Of a stretch of 64,000 bases of DNA, positions 37,070 through 45,523 are shown in pieces. Position numbers and translations under genes: made by a program. Each line of letters starts with the position of its first letter. Position 1 is the stretch's first letter. The stretch lies in sequence record NC_019410.1. One strand, 5' to 3'. Under the pieces are notes generated by a model. It saw nothing but the letters and a program-made list of their open reading frames with translations. It was not told the DNA's origin and did no database searches.

Positions 37070-37594
37070 ATGGGCCTGACGGGCTGCACCTTTGCAGTCC
37101 TGACGGCCGGCTCGGTCGCCTATGCGATCGACCGTGGCGGCAAGGCGCTGAAGCTCAGCGCCTTCCTGCTGCTGGCGTCCTGGGCGTTCTCGGTCACCCT
37201 GGGCCAGACCCTCAACGCGGGCATGAAGCCCTATGTCTACGCCTGGGTCGACGCCCTGTTCGCCGGCGCGATGGGGATATTGATCTCCGCCCGGCTCCAG
37301 CGCTGGCGGGTCGCCCTCTTCACCCTGGCGATCGCCCAGATGGGCCTCCACCTGATCATGATCGGGGTCTGGGATTTCTCGCTGCACGCGCGGCGCCTCC
37401 ACATCCTAGCCCTCAACCTGACCTATGGCCTGGAACTCTTCGTCCTGACGATCGGGGCGGCGACCTATCGCGCCGAGGCCGAGGACGACATGCCGGCGGT
37501 GATCGAGGTCCAGCACCGCTTGATCGGGACCGACGACGGCCGCGTTCTCGATTGGCTTGAATGTGTTGACAAAGCCAGAGAGCCCATCCTATAA
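37070..37594 (+). CDS. integral membrane protein (174 aa, ~5 TM)
   Basis: Successive hydrophobic segments; AYAIDRGG...LLLASW...VDAL...W motif. Confidence 0.75.
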   Translation: MGLTGCTFAVLTAGSVAYAIDRGGKALKLSAFLLLASWAFSVTLGQTLNAGMKPYVYAWVDALFAGAMGILISARLQRWRVALFTLAIAQMGLHLIMIGVWDFSLHARRLHILALNLTYGLELFVLTIGAATYRAEAEDDMPAVIEVQHRLIGTDDGRVLDWLECVDKAREPIL

Positions 37595-37618
37595 GCTCCC
37601 TCGACGACAACGAGGAGG
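37553..37618 (+). promoter_or_regulatory. phage promoter cassette
   Basis: TGGC-N9-TTGACA(37566)-N18-TATAAG-N6-CGACGACAAC-GAGGAGG. Confidence 0.8.
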
Positions 37619-37623
37619 CCCCC

Positions 37624-38055
37624 ATGCCGAAGACAAGTCCCGCGACCCTCTCCCGCGCTCTCGCCTATCTGGCGATCACCGGCGGGACCTCCTGCCTGAC
37701 CATCAACACCCGCGTGGCCATGCACCCCTACTACGATCTGGTGCCGCGCGTGGTCAAACTCGGCGAGACCGAGTTGACCCTGCACGTCTACAAGCTCAAC
37801 GCCGAGGGCAAGGCCCTGGCCGAGAAGTCCAAGCTCTGGCGCGGTCACCAGAAGCTCCTCGACATGGGCTTCCAGTTCAAGAAGAACCGCCGGCGCCAGT
37901 CGTCGCGGTTCCTGTCCTACGAGCATGCCGAGCACATGGAGCGCAAGAGCCTGCGCGGCGCCTTCATCTCCGGCGATCGGGTCTACGCCCAGCCGGCGCC
38001 GGGCCAGACGCCCGAAGGCAAGAAGGACTGGGACTACATCGAGGTGGCCCTGTGA
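37624..38055 (+). CDS. hypothetical protein (143 aa)
   Basis: Strong RBS. Confidence 0.75.
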   Translation: MPKTSPATLSRALAYLAITGGTSCLTINTRVAMHPYYDLVPRVVKLGETELTLHVYKLNAEGKALAEKSKLWRGHQKLLDMGFQFKKNRRRQSSRFLSYEHAEHMERKSLRGAFISGDRVYAQPAPGQTPEGKKDWDYIEVAL

Positions 38056-38411
38056 GCGAACGCACCGCGATCGACATCCTCCGCCACGCCGCCGAACTCC
38101 TGGAGACGCGCGGCTGGGGCCAAGGCGCCACCGTGGTCGACACGGCCGACGCCGGCGGCGCCCTGTGCGCCAATATCGCGCTGGGCCTCGCCTCGGTCCG
38201 CATCGACCCCAAGGACTACGCCGCCTACACGGGCGCCCAGGTCGCCCTCCTGAAGCATCTGGGGATCGACCTGGGGCCGGCCCTGCTCCAGAAGACCACC
38301 AAGTCCAGCCTGATCATCGAGTGGAACGACGCGCCCGAGCGCGCCGCCCGCGAGGTGACCGACGCCCTGCGCGGCGCGGCCGACGGCCTTAGCCGGGAGG
38401 CGCAGCCTTGA
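38052..38411 (+). CDS. hypothetical protein, WNDAP family paralogue 1 (119 aa)
   Basis: Manual translation MSERTAIDILRHAAELLETRGWGQG...WNDAPERAAREVTDALRGAA; GTGA coupling. Confidence 0.75.
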   Translation: MSERTAIDILRHAAELLETRGWGQGATVVDTADAGGALCANIALGLASVRIDPKDYAAYTGAQVALLKHLGIDLGPALLQKTTKSSLIIEWNDAPERAAREVTDALRGAADGLSREAQP

Positions 38412-38788
38412 TCACTCCCGTCCAGCAAATCCTCACCGACGCGGCCGTGCTGCTTGAAGAGCGCGGCTGGGGCCAAGGCAACGACACGATCCGGACGGCC
38501 GACCAGGGCGGCGCCATGTGCCTCAACCTCGCCCTGGGCGCAGCGCCCTCCGAGGACTTGGAGACCTTCCGCGCGGCCCAGTACGCCCTCATCAACCATC
38601 TGGGCCTGGAGGTGGTCACCGAATATGATCGCTTCGCCGGCCTGATGCGTGAGATGCCGGGCGTGACCCTGGTCAACTGGAACGACGCGCCGGGACGCAC
38701 GGCCCGCGAGGTGACCGACGCCCTGCGCGCGACGGCGCTGTCGGTGGTGGTCGACGCCCTGGCGGCGGCAGAAGAGGCCATGGCCTGA
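38408..38788 (+). CDS. hypothetical protein, WNDAP family paralogue 2 (126 aa)
   Basis: AAVLLEERGWGQG...WNDAPGRTAREVTDALRA. Confidence 0.75.
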   Translation: MITPVQQILTDAAVLLEERGWGQGNDTIRTADQGGAMCLNLALGAAPSEDLETFRAAQYALINHLGLEVVTEYDRFAGLMREMPGVTLVNWNDAPGRTAREVTDALRATALSVVVDALAAAEEAMA

Positions 38789-39132
38789 TGCCGCGTCCCG
38801 CCCAACGCCGCCACGCCCTCTACCTGCTGGTCGTCAGTTGCGGCCCGCTGGTGATCATGAAGGGGCCGGAGGCCTTCACCCCCTGGCCGGTCCTGCGCAA
38901 GGCGATCCTCAAGACCATGCGCGAGGCGCACGGGCTGAAGGCCTCCGAGGTCTCGGCCGTCGAGGGTCTTGCCGATCCGCGCAGCGAAGACCCGCAAGAC
39001 CGCAACGCCGTCGAGAAGTTCGCCGCCGCCTTCGCCGGCTCGGACAACTTCCCGGCCTTCCATCTCTACGCCTGGACTGGCGAAGGCTTCGCCCTGGTCC
39101 GCGCCCCTCTGGAACAGGAGACCGCCGCCTGA
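38788..39132 (+). CDS. hypothetical protein (114 aa)
   Basis: TGATG coupling. Confidence 0.65.
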   Translation: MPRPAQRRHALYLLVVSCGPLVIMKGPEAFTPWPVLRKAILKTMREAHGLKASEVSAVEGLADPRSEDPQDRNAVEKFAAAFAGSDNFPAFHLYAWTGEGFALVRAPLEQETAA

Positions 39133-39788
39133 TGCCGCTCTACCTGACCCAGTACCCCCTCGACTGGCCCGGCACGACGGCCAAGGGCGGCGCCAAGACG
39201 ACGCTGTTCGCCCGCGATTACGTCGAGGCCGAGGCGTTCTGCAAAGCCCGCAAGCTGGGCGAGGTCCTGATCGACCCCGCCGAGCACATCACCGCCCGCG
39301 ACGCCTCCGTGCTCAACCACATGCGGCCCGAAATGCCTTCGGACCTCCTGCGGCGCCGGCGCTACAGCGATGCGCTCCACGCTGGGGCCTTCCTGTCGTT
39401 CGTGGGGCTGAAGTCCGGCTATCTTCAGGTCGAGGAACTGCTGGGCGATGTCTCGCCCGTCCACGAACTGGCCCACTGGGTGATGTTCCGGGACATGCAC
39501 GCGGAAAGGGGCGCGGCTTGGAAGCCGCCTTCGGCCGAGGTGCTGATGAGCCATGCCGATCGCCTGGAGATCATGGAACGGCAGGTCCCCGGCTTCCACC
39601 CCCGCTCGATCTCGTACACCGAACCACGGGGGCTTCCGATCGAAAGCTGGGAACGCGCCGAGGCGATCCGGCAATGGGACCTGGAGAAGCTCGCGGGCTT
39701 CGCCGATGACTATCCGCGCCAGCGTCGGATCGTCCAACGTCAACGCAAGAAGCGCGCTGAGAAGATCGCGCGACTGGAGAACGCATGA
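39132..39788 (+). CDS. hypothetical protein (218 aa)
   Basis: TGATG coupling; MPLYLTQYP. Confidence 0.7.
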   Translation: MPLYLTQYPLDWPGTTAKGGAKTTLFARDYVEAEAFCKARKLGEVLIDPAEHITARDASVLNHMRPEMPSDLLRRRRYSDALHAGAFLSFVGLKSGYLQVEELLGDVSPVHELAHWVMFRDMHAERGAAWKPPSAEVLMSHADRLEIMERQVPGFHPRSISYTEPRGLPIESWERAEAIRQWDLEKLAGFADDYPRQRRIVQRQRKKRAEKIARLENA

Positions 39789-40318
39789 CCCCGACCGATG
39801 AGCTTTTGAACCGCGCCGCCCAGCGCCTGGAACAGCGTGGCGGGCGAGACGCCTACAGCGCCCTGCTCGACGTCTCGCAAGGCGGCGAGAGCATCGCCGA
39901 GGCCCTGGAGGCGGTGATCCTCCACCTGGGCCTGCCCTATGATCCGACCCGTCGTCTGCGCGGGCCGGTCCTGCGCTGGTGCCTCGCCGAGGACCGCACC
40001 CAGACCCAGGTGCTGGGCGCCCTGCGCGGCGCGGCCCTGTCCATCAAAAAGGCCCGCATGAGGGACCCTTACGAGATCATCAACGGCTGGTGGTGGCTGA
40101 GCTTCGCCGACGACACCGGCTTCCTGGGCGTGGCGGTCCTGCACGCCGAGAGCTTCGACGCGGCGCTGCGCAAGAGCGGAGCCACCGGGCTCAATCCGGG
40201 CGGCTCGGTTCAGGGCGTGCCCCTCCCCGAGGAGTACGTCCCGGCCGAGCCCTATCGCAATCGCCTGCTGAACGCGGCCGAGGCCATTTCCGCCGGCGGG
40301 ATCAAGGTGAGCGCATGA
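39785..40318 (+). CDS. hypothetical protein with diverged WNDAP-like N-domain (177 aa)
   Basis: LLNRAAQRLEQRG...EDRTQTQVLGALRGAA. Confidence 0.7.
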   Translation: MTPTDELLNRAAQRLEQRGGRDAYSALLDVSQGGESIAEALEAVILHLGLPYDPTRRLRGPVLRWCLAEDRTQTQVLGALRGAALSIKKARMRDPYEIINGWWWLSFADDTGFLGVAVLHAESFDAALRKSGATGLNPGGSVQGVPLPEEYVPAEPYRNRLLNAAEAISAGGIKVSA

Positions 40319-40794
40319 CCGAGGCCCGCATCTACAACGGCGCGGCCGGCGCCATCTTCATCCGCAACCCCAAGTACGGGGTGATCGAGACCGACTCCCT
40401 GGTGGTGATCGACCGCCCGGACGACCTCGACCATCACGGCCTGATCGGGCGGCTCCACATCCAACCCGGCATGGACACGGTGATCGTCAAGGCCGGCGTC
40501 GTCCACGTCAACGTCTATCCGTGTCAGGTCCGGCCGCTGAAGCTGGGCGAGCGGATCGGCGACCCCGAGGCCAACGCCCACCTCAACCAGATCGCCGAGA
40601 TGGTCGGCGAGGGCGAGGACGTCGGGGCGGCCTGGGAGAGCGTCCAGGCGATCATCACCGAGCGGGACAACCTCAAGACGGCGGCCGAGCGCGTGCGCGA
40701 CTGCCTGCGGTCGGCCAACCTGACCGACTCGGTTCAGGACGTCCGCTACGAGATCGAGACGGCCGCCAATTTCATCGCCGAGGCCCTGTCATGA
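40315..40794 (+). CDS. hypothetical protein (159 aa)
   Basis: ATGA coupling; MTEARIY. Confidence 0.7.
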   Translation: MTEARIYNGAAGAIFIRNPKYGVIETDSLVVIDRPDDLDHHGLIGRLHIQPGMDTVIVKAGVVHVNVYPCQVRPLKLGERIGDPEANAHLNQIAEMVGEGEDVGAAWESVQAIITERDNLKTAAERVRDCLRSANLTDSVQDVRYEIETAANFIAEALS

Positions 40795-41552
40795 AGGTCC
40801 CGCTGAAGCAATGCCCGCCCGGCCCGTTCCTCTATGAGGGCGTCCTGGGCTTCAAGACCGAGTACGGGGCGATGTCCACGCGCGAGCTTCCGAGCCCGCC
40901 GCTGTCGGGGCGCCACCAGCGCGAGTGGTACGTCACCGACCACGCCGACGCCTATTGCATGTCGTCCGGCGAGGCCTTCTGGGCGGGCGCCAAGACGCGC
41001 GAGGAGCGGGACGAACTCCTGGTCCAGCCGCTCTACGAGGGCTGGCTGAAGCTCAACCGACCGAGCGATCGCGAACCCTCCGCCCTGGAGCGGGCCTTGG
41101 TCGAGTGCATCGCCGTCGCCTCGCTCTATGATAATCCCGCCGGGGTCTACGCCAAGAACATCCTGGACGCGATCAGAACGGGTGGCGATGAAGGCCTCAA
41201 GGCGCTTGCCTCGCCGCTCTCCGAAGTGGTGCGGGAGCGTGATCGCTTGAAGCAGGCGATCGACACGGCCCTGGTCCAGATCAGCGGTGGTCTCTGCTAC
41301 TTCACGGCCGACGCCAAGCACGCCCAGCTTCGTGATGCCGAGAAGACCCTGGAGCGGGCGCTGAATGGCGACGAGACCCCGTTCGAAAAGCGGGTCTATG
41401 GCGAAGAGCCGGCGGCCGACTGGAGCCTGGAGCTTCACGTCTTTCACGCCGCCAACAACCCCGACCTGCCGCAGGCCACGCGGGAGCTTCTCAAGACCCT
41501 GTGGAAGGCCTACTGCGAGATGGAACAACGCTGCGAAGGAGCCTCGACTTGA
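40791..41552 (+). CDS. hypothetical protein (253 aa)
   Basis: ATGA coupling; MKVPLKQCPPG. Confidence 0.7.
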   Translation: MKVPLKQCPPGPFLYEGVLGFKTEYGAMSTRELPSPPLSGRHQREWYVTDHADAYCMSSGEAFWAGAKTREERDELLVQPLYEGWLKLNRPSDREPSALERALVECIAVASLYDNPAGVYAKNILDAIRTGGDEGLKALASPLSEVVRERDRLKQAIDTALVQISGGLCYFTADAKHAQLRDAEKTLERALNGDETPFEKRVYGEEPAADWSLELHVFHAANNPDLPQATRELLKTLWKAYCEMEQRCEGAST

Positions 41553-42097
41553 ACATTCTGCAAGACCTCCTCGCCCACCCCGAGAACATGACGGACGCCT
41601 ACGCGTCCTGCATCTCGATGCGGATCGGCGACACCCTGGCCAGCCCTCGGCGCCAGGACCTCTTCGATCTGGCGACCACCCTGACCTCGATCTCGCACGC
41701 CCTGCTGGCCCAGGCCCCGCAGGAGGTGCGCAACGTCCTGATCCACGACAAGGGCGACATGGGCGATCCGGTCATGGTCGCCTTCCGTCTCGGGCAGTTG
41801 TCCATGGCCGGCGAGATCATGGGCTACGAGGCCAGCCGCCGGGCCGATGACGACATCATCGAGGTGGTTCGCGCCCACCGGGGCTTTCTGTCCGACATCG
41901 CCGCCGGCCGCAACACCCAGCGCGAACTCGCCGCCCAGTTCGGGATGTCGGGTCGGGAGGTCCGCGTCACCCTGCGGCTCCTCGGGAGCAAGGGCCTCGT
42001 CAACACCGTGCTCGGCAAGAAGGTCGGCGAGTTCGAGGCCCGGCTGACGCCACTGGCCGAATCGGTGCTCGACCAGATCAGGAAGGCCGCCGCATGA
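41549..42097 (+). CDS. wHTH DNA-binding protein (MarR-like C-terminus, 182 aa)
   Basis: TQRELAAQFGMSGREVRVTLRLLGSKGLV...ARLTPLA; AAGGAG RBS, TTG start. Confidence 0.7.
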   Translation: MNILQDLLAHPENMTDAYASCISMRIGDTLASPRRQDLFDLATTLTSISHALLAQAPQEVRNVLIHDKGDMGDPVMVAFRLGQLSMAGEIMGYEASRRADDDIIEVVRAHRGFLSDIAAGRNTQRELAAQFGMSGREVRVTLRLLGSKGLVNTVLGKKVGEFEARLTPLAESVLDQIRKAAA

Positions 42098-42450
42098 GCG
42101 AGGGCGCCAAGCGCAAGCGGGCCGCCCGGCGCGCGCCGCAAAAGACGCTGATCGAAAAGCTCGACACGATTCTCGACGAGAGCCTCGCCGGGATCGAGCA
42201 TCCCTCGCAGGTGGCGATCAATGTCTGCGTGCCCCGCGCGGACCTTCAGGAGGCCGTCAGGGGCCTGAAGCTGCGGGAGGTGTCCACCGGCCTGCCCGAG
42301 GACTTCCTGGTCGCCTGGGACGATCTGCGGCGGGCGATCACCGCCGTCGAGACCGCCAGCCTCTACTCGATCGGCGAGGCCGTCCGCTGGCTGGAGGAAG
42401 AGCGCATGAAGTTCGACGCCAAGGTTCGCGACACGGCAAGGTACGCATGA
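42094..42450 (+). CDS. hypothetical protein (118 aa)
   Basis: ATGA coupling. Confidence 0.7.
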   Translation: MSEGAKRKRAARRAPQKTLIEKLDTILDESLAGIEHPSQVAINVCVPRADLQEAVRGLKLREVSTGLPEDFLVAWDDLRRAITAVETASLYSIGEAVRWLEEERMKFDAKVRDTARYA

Positions 42451-42773
42451 CCCCCAAGACCTTCATCGACAAGTTGCGGGTCGGCGCTCAGAAGGCGCTC
42501 GCTCGCTCCAGGGCCTGGACGCCCGAGGAGAACATCGTGCTCCAGACCCTGGTCTGGGCGCCGGCCAACATCCAGCAGCGCTCGGACCTCTATGTGGCGG
42601 GCGTCATGCGCGGCATGCTGGCCCTGATCTCGACCATGAGCGGCAAGGTCTCCGAGGAGATCAAGACCCTCCTGTGGATGGCCGGCGAGGCGACCGAGAC
42701 CAACGCGCCCGTGCCGGACGATCAGGTCCTGGCGGCGCTGGCGGCCCTCGACGGCCTGCATGCGAGGGGCTGA
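42447..42773 (+). CDS. hypothetical protein (108 aa)
   Basis: ATGA coupling. Confidence 0.7.
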   Translation: MTPKTFIDKLRVGAQKALARSRAWTPEENIVLQTLVWAPANIQQRSDLYVAGVMRGMLALISTMSGKVSEEIKTLLWMAGEATETNAPVPDDQVLAALAALDGLHARG

Positions 42774-43168
42774 TGGTCAGCGCCTACCAGCAATCGCTCA
42801 ACGCCCAGGCCTCGGGCCTGTCGACCCAGGCTGATCCGCTCGCCCGAGGCTACTGGAAGAACGGCCAGTGGGTGCGCAACTCGCTGCACGACCGCCTCAA
42901 GGCCTACATCGCCAGGGTCCCGGACGTGGAGTTCCATCGCTACTCGTCGCGACCGGCCGGCGCGATCACCGTCCGGGGCATTTCGCCCAACGCCTATGTC
43001 CCGGTCACCGATCAGAGGAGCCCGCCGGCCCCGTTCAGCAAGGACAGGTGGTGCTACATGCCCAAGACGATGCGCGCCCTGGTGGAGGAGGGCGTCCTGA
43101 TGGTCGCCAGCCTCGACGTCCAGATGGACGGCAGCACCAAGGTGGCGATCTACAAGCCGGTGCGCTGA
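42773..43168 (+). CDS. hypothetical protein, wHTH-like family (131 aa)
   Basis: TGATG coupling; PKTMRALVEEGVLMV. Confidence 0.7.
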   Translation: MVSAYQQSLNAQASGLSTQADPLARGYWKNGQWVRNSLHDRLKAYIARVPDVEFHRYSSRPAGAITVRGISPNAYVPVTDQRSPPAPFSKDRWCYMPKTMRALVEEGVLMVASLDVQMDGSTKVAIYKPVR

Positions 43169-43446
43169 TGCGACGGTTCATGCGCGCCCCCAGCCTGTCG
43201 ACCTATCCGATCCCCTACCAGCTTGAGCGCTACCTGCTCAACAACCGCGACGTGCGACTGGTGCGCTGCCGTGACGGCTGGCGCCTCCAGGGCCGAACCG
43301 GCGTCTTCCACCGATCCCGTGTACCCGGCACCGGGCGCTACTCCTGGCGGTCGGTGGCGATCTGCCTGGACAGCCTCTGCGTGATCGAGAGCTATGACGA
43401 GACCATGCGCCCCGACGTTGTCGGGCTCGCCAAGGACGTGGTGTGA
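43168..43446 (+). CDS. hypothetical protein (92 aa)
   Basis: TGATG coupling. Confidence 0.6.
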   Translation: MRRFMRAPSLSTYPIPYQLERYLLNNRDVRLVRCRDGWRLQGRTGVFHRSRVPGTGRYSWRSVAICLDSLCVIESYDETMRPDVVGLAKDVV

Positions 43447-43808
43447 TGGTCTGGTGGGACCCTCAGGCGCTGGTCAAGAGTCACTGGTCCTATGATCCGA
43501 AGGACGGCACGCGCCCCTATTACATGTTCGAAGGCCGGCGCTACAAGAGCGCCATCGCCGCCGCCACCGCCGAGGTGCTAAGCAATCGCCTGTGGGCGTT
43601 GTTCGACGTCCTCCCAATCCTGCTGCGCTGCGCCGACGGCTCCTATGTCGTCGACTGCGAACCGATCGGGAGCGAGCCGCACCTGCCGGCCCCCGACATC
43701 CGGGTCTCCAGGCGCATCGCCCTGGGCTTGGTCGAGGCCGGGCTGCTGCTGATCACCGAGTACAACGAGCGCGGCGTCCCTGACCGCCTGGAGCTTGCCG
43801 CCACATGA
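43446..43808 (+). CDS. hypothetical protein, wHTH-like family (120 aa)
   Basis: VSRRIALGLVEAGLLLITEYNERG. Confidence 0.7.
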   Translation: MVWWDPQALVKSHWSYDPKDGTRPYYMFEGRRYKSAIAAATAEVLSNRLWALFDVLPILLRCADGSYVVDCEPIGSEPHLPAPDIRVSRRIALGLVEAGLLLITEYNERGVPDRLELAAT

Positions 43809-44071
43809 GAGGCCTTCCCAAGCCCGCCGAGGTCCAGCTTCGCCGGTACCTCCAGGGCGGTCACTTCAAGCACCTGATCCGGGCCTATCGCGGCTGGCGG
43901 CCCTACAATCCCGCCACCGGGACCATCCACGTCGACAAGCGATTCTCGACCAAGACGGTCCAGCGGGCCGTCAGCGCCGGCACGCTCGACGTCTACGAGT
44001 TCGACGAGGAGGGGCAGGTCCAGGTCTACGCCCTCGGCGCCCAGTTCCTCGGCTGGAAGTCCTCGTCATGA
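43805..44071 (+). CDS. hypothetical protein, wHTH-like family (88 aa)
   Basis: FSTKTVQRAVSAGTLDVYEFDEEG. Confidence 0.7.
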   Translation: MRGLPKPAEVQLRRYLQGGHFKHLIRAYRGWRPYNPATGTIHVDKRFSTKTVQRAVSAGTLDVYEFDEEGQVQVYALGAQFLGWKSSS

Positions 44072-44376
44072 CCCCGCACGAAAAGGCGATGACCAAGTCG
44101 GTGATGCGCATCTGCGACGACATCCGCATGGTCGGCGGCGGGACGGGCGAGGCGACCGCGCTCTGGAAGTTCGTCTACCGCCCGGCGATCGAGACGGGGC
44201 GCGCCGGGCGCTACGCCTTCGTGACGGCCAAGCGCGACATGCCCTTGCCAATGCGGACCGCCAGGGGTTATCGTCGCTGCGAGATGGAGGCGGTGGTCGA
44301 CGTCGGCTATGCGGGGCTGCGCCCCGTGGCCTGGGACGAAACCGGCCGTGTCCTGGAGTATCGGGGTCGGGCGTGA
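44068..44376 (+). CDS. hypothetical protein (102 aa)
   Basis: ATGA coupling; MTPHEKAM. Confidence 0.65.
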   Translation: MTPHEKAMTKSVMRICDDIRMVGGGTGEATALWKFVYRPAIETGRAGRYAFVTAKRDMPLPMRTARGYRRCEMEAVVDVGYAGLRPVAWDETGRVLEYRGRA

Positions 44377-44993
44377 AGGCCGATTGGCGCGAGACATTGG
44401 CGGTCGCTTTTGACCGGCCTCTTCCGGCTGCGGACGAGGTCAAGGACCCCTACGCCTTCGATCCCACCGCGCCGGCCATCATCCTCGACTTCGCCACCCC
44501 GCCCGAGCCGCCGCCCGAAAACGAATATCGCTGGCTGGCCCTGGACGCGGCGGGCGAACCGCTGGGGGAGTTCTGGACCATCCCGCTGGCGGCCGAGGGG
44601 CTCGCCCATATCCTCTACCCAGGCCACGCCCAGATCGTGCGGGGCAACGCCACCAGCCGCCTGCGGGCCAAGCGTCTCTCGCGCCTCTGCGAAGCCCAGA
44701 ACTGGCGCTGCTGCTACTGCTATGGAGTGATGCGCCTGCCGGTCGAGTGCCTCCCCCAGGCGCCGGACATGGCGACCCTGGAGCACCTGCACCGCCAGAC
44801 CGACGGCGGCGGCGGGCGGCTGGACAATCTGGTCGCCGCCTGCGCGTCCTGCAACTCCCACCGGGGTGGCTTCACGCCGCTGAAGTGGTGGAAGGTCCGC
44901 CAGCGCCTGCTCCCGGTCTGGCCCGCCTGCACGACGATGACCGAAGCCGCCCGTTACAACCTGCGCGGCTATGGTCCGCTGCGGGCCGGCTAG
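44373..44993 (+). CDS. HNH endonuclease (206 aa)
   Basis: CCYC...ATLEHL...GG...LDNLVAACASCNSHRG. Confidence 0.88.
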   Translation: MKADWRETLAVAFDRPLPAADEVKDPYAFDPTAPAIILDFATPPEPPPENEYRWLALDAAGEPLGEFWTIPLAAEGLAHILYPGHAQIVRGNATSRLRAKRLSRLCEAQNWRCCYCYGVMRLPVECLPQAPDMATLEHLHRQTDGGGGRLDNLVAACASCNSHRGGFTPLKWWKVRQRLLPVWPACTTMTEAARYNLRGYGPLRAG

Positions 44994-44998
44994 GTGGA

Positions 44999-45045
44999 AC
45001 AACCGTTTTTGGTTGTATTTCCGGAATACAACCTTTTTCGGTTGT
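44999..45045. promoter_or_regulatory. tandem palindromic operator-like sites ACAACC-N6-GGTTGT x2
   Basis: Sites at 44999-45016 and 45028-45045, joined by near-palindromic ATTTCCGGAAT, immediately upstream of TTGACA 45058. Confidence 0.7.
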
Positions 45046-45092
45046 AGCGCGATTGTGTTGACAGGGTTTACAGAACCGGGCTAGACCGGAGG
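45045..45092 (+). promoter_or_regulatory. promoter (TAGC variant of TGGC class)
   Basis: TAGC-N9-TTGACA(45058)-N18-TAGACC then GGAGG. Confidence 0.7.
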
Positions 45093-45094
45093 CC

Positions 45095-45523
45095 ATGATG
45101 GCTTCCGCCCCGTTCATCCCGTTGCTCCTCAAGGTCGGCGCGACCCGCCGGCGCTTGGCCGCCGCGCCCCAGCGGGTGCGCGACAAGGTCAACGCCCAGG
45201 CGGAGTTCTACACCGACGCCAAGGAGAAGGCCCGCCGGCGCCGGGCGTTCATCCTGACGGCCCTGCTCGACGAGTTCTTTCACGGCACGGTAGTGTTCGA
45301 GCGCAACGCCCACGGGACCTACGACGCCCATTTCACCGGCACCTCGGCGCAGTTCCAGGCCCTGGACCGGCCGAGCGCCCACCTCCTCCTGGACGCGCGG
45401 TGGTCGCTCAAGACCCTGCGCTATCCCCTGTCGGTGGGCGATCTGGTGGTCGACGCCATGGACGAGAACAGGACGCCGCTGCGGCTGATCCAGCCCCCGA
45501 TCCTTCCGGAGGACGCGGCGTGA
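45095..45523 (+). CDS. hypothetical protein (142 aa)
   Basis: GGAGG RBS. Confidence 0.7.
   Translation: MMASAPFIPLLLKVGATRRRLAAAPQRVRDKVNAQAEFYTDAKEKARRRRAFILTALLDEFFHGTVVFERNAHGTYDAHFTGTSAQFQALDRPSAHLLLDARWSLKTLRYPLSVGDLVVDAMDENRTPLRLIQPPILPEDAA

Noticed and set aside
7199-37571. TGGC as a sigma54 -24 element
   Set aside because: Sigma54 needs TGGCAC-N5-TTGC (7 nt after TGGC); here the gap is 9 nt and leads to a sigma70 -35/-10 pair
44373-44993. HNH gene as part of a group I intron
   Set aside because: It is translationally coupled to the upstream gene and no interrupted host gene or intron structure is evident; treated as free-standing
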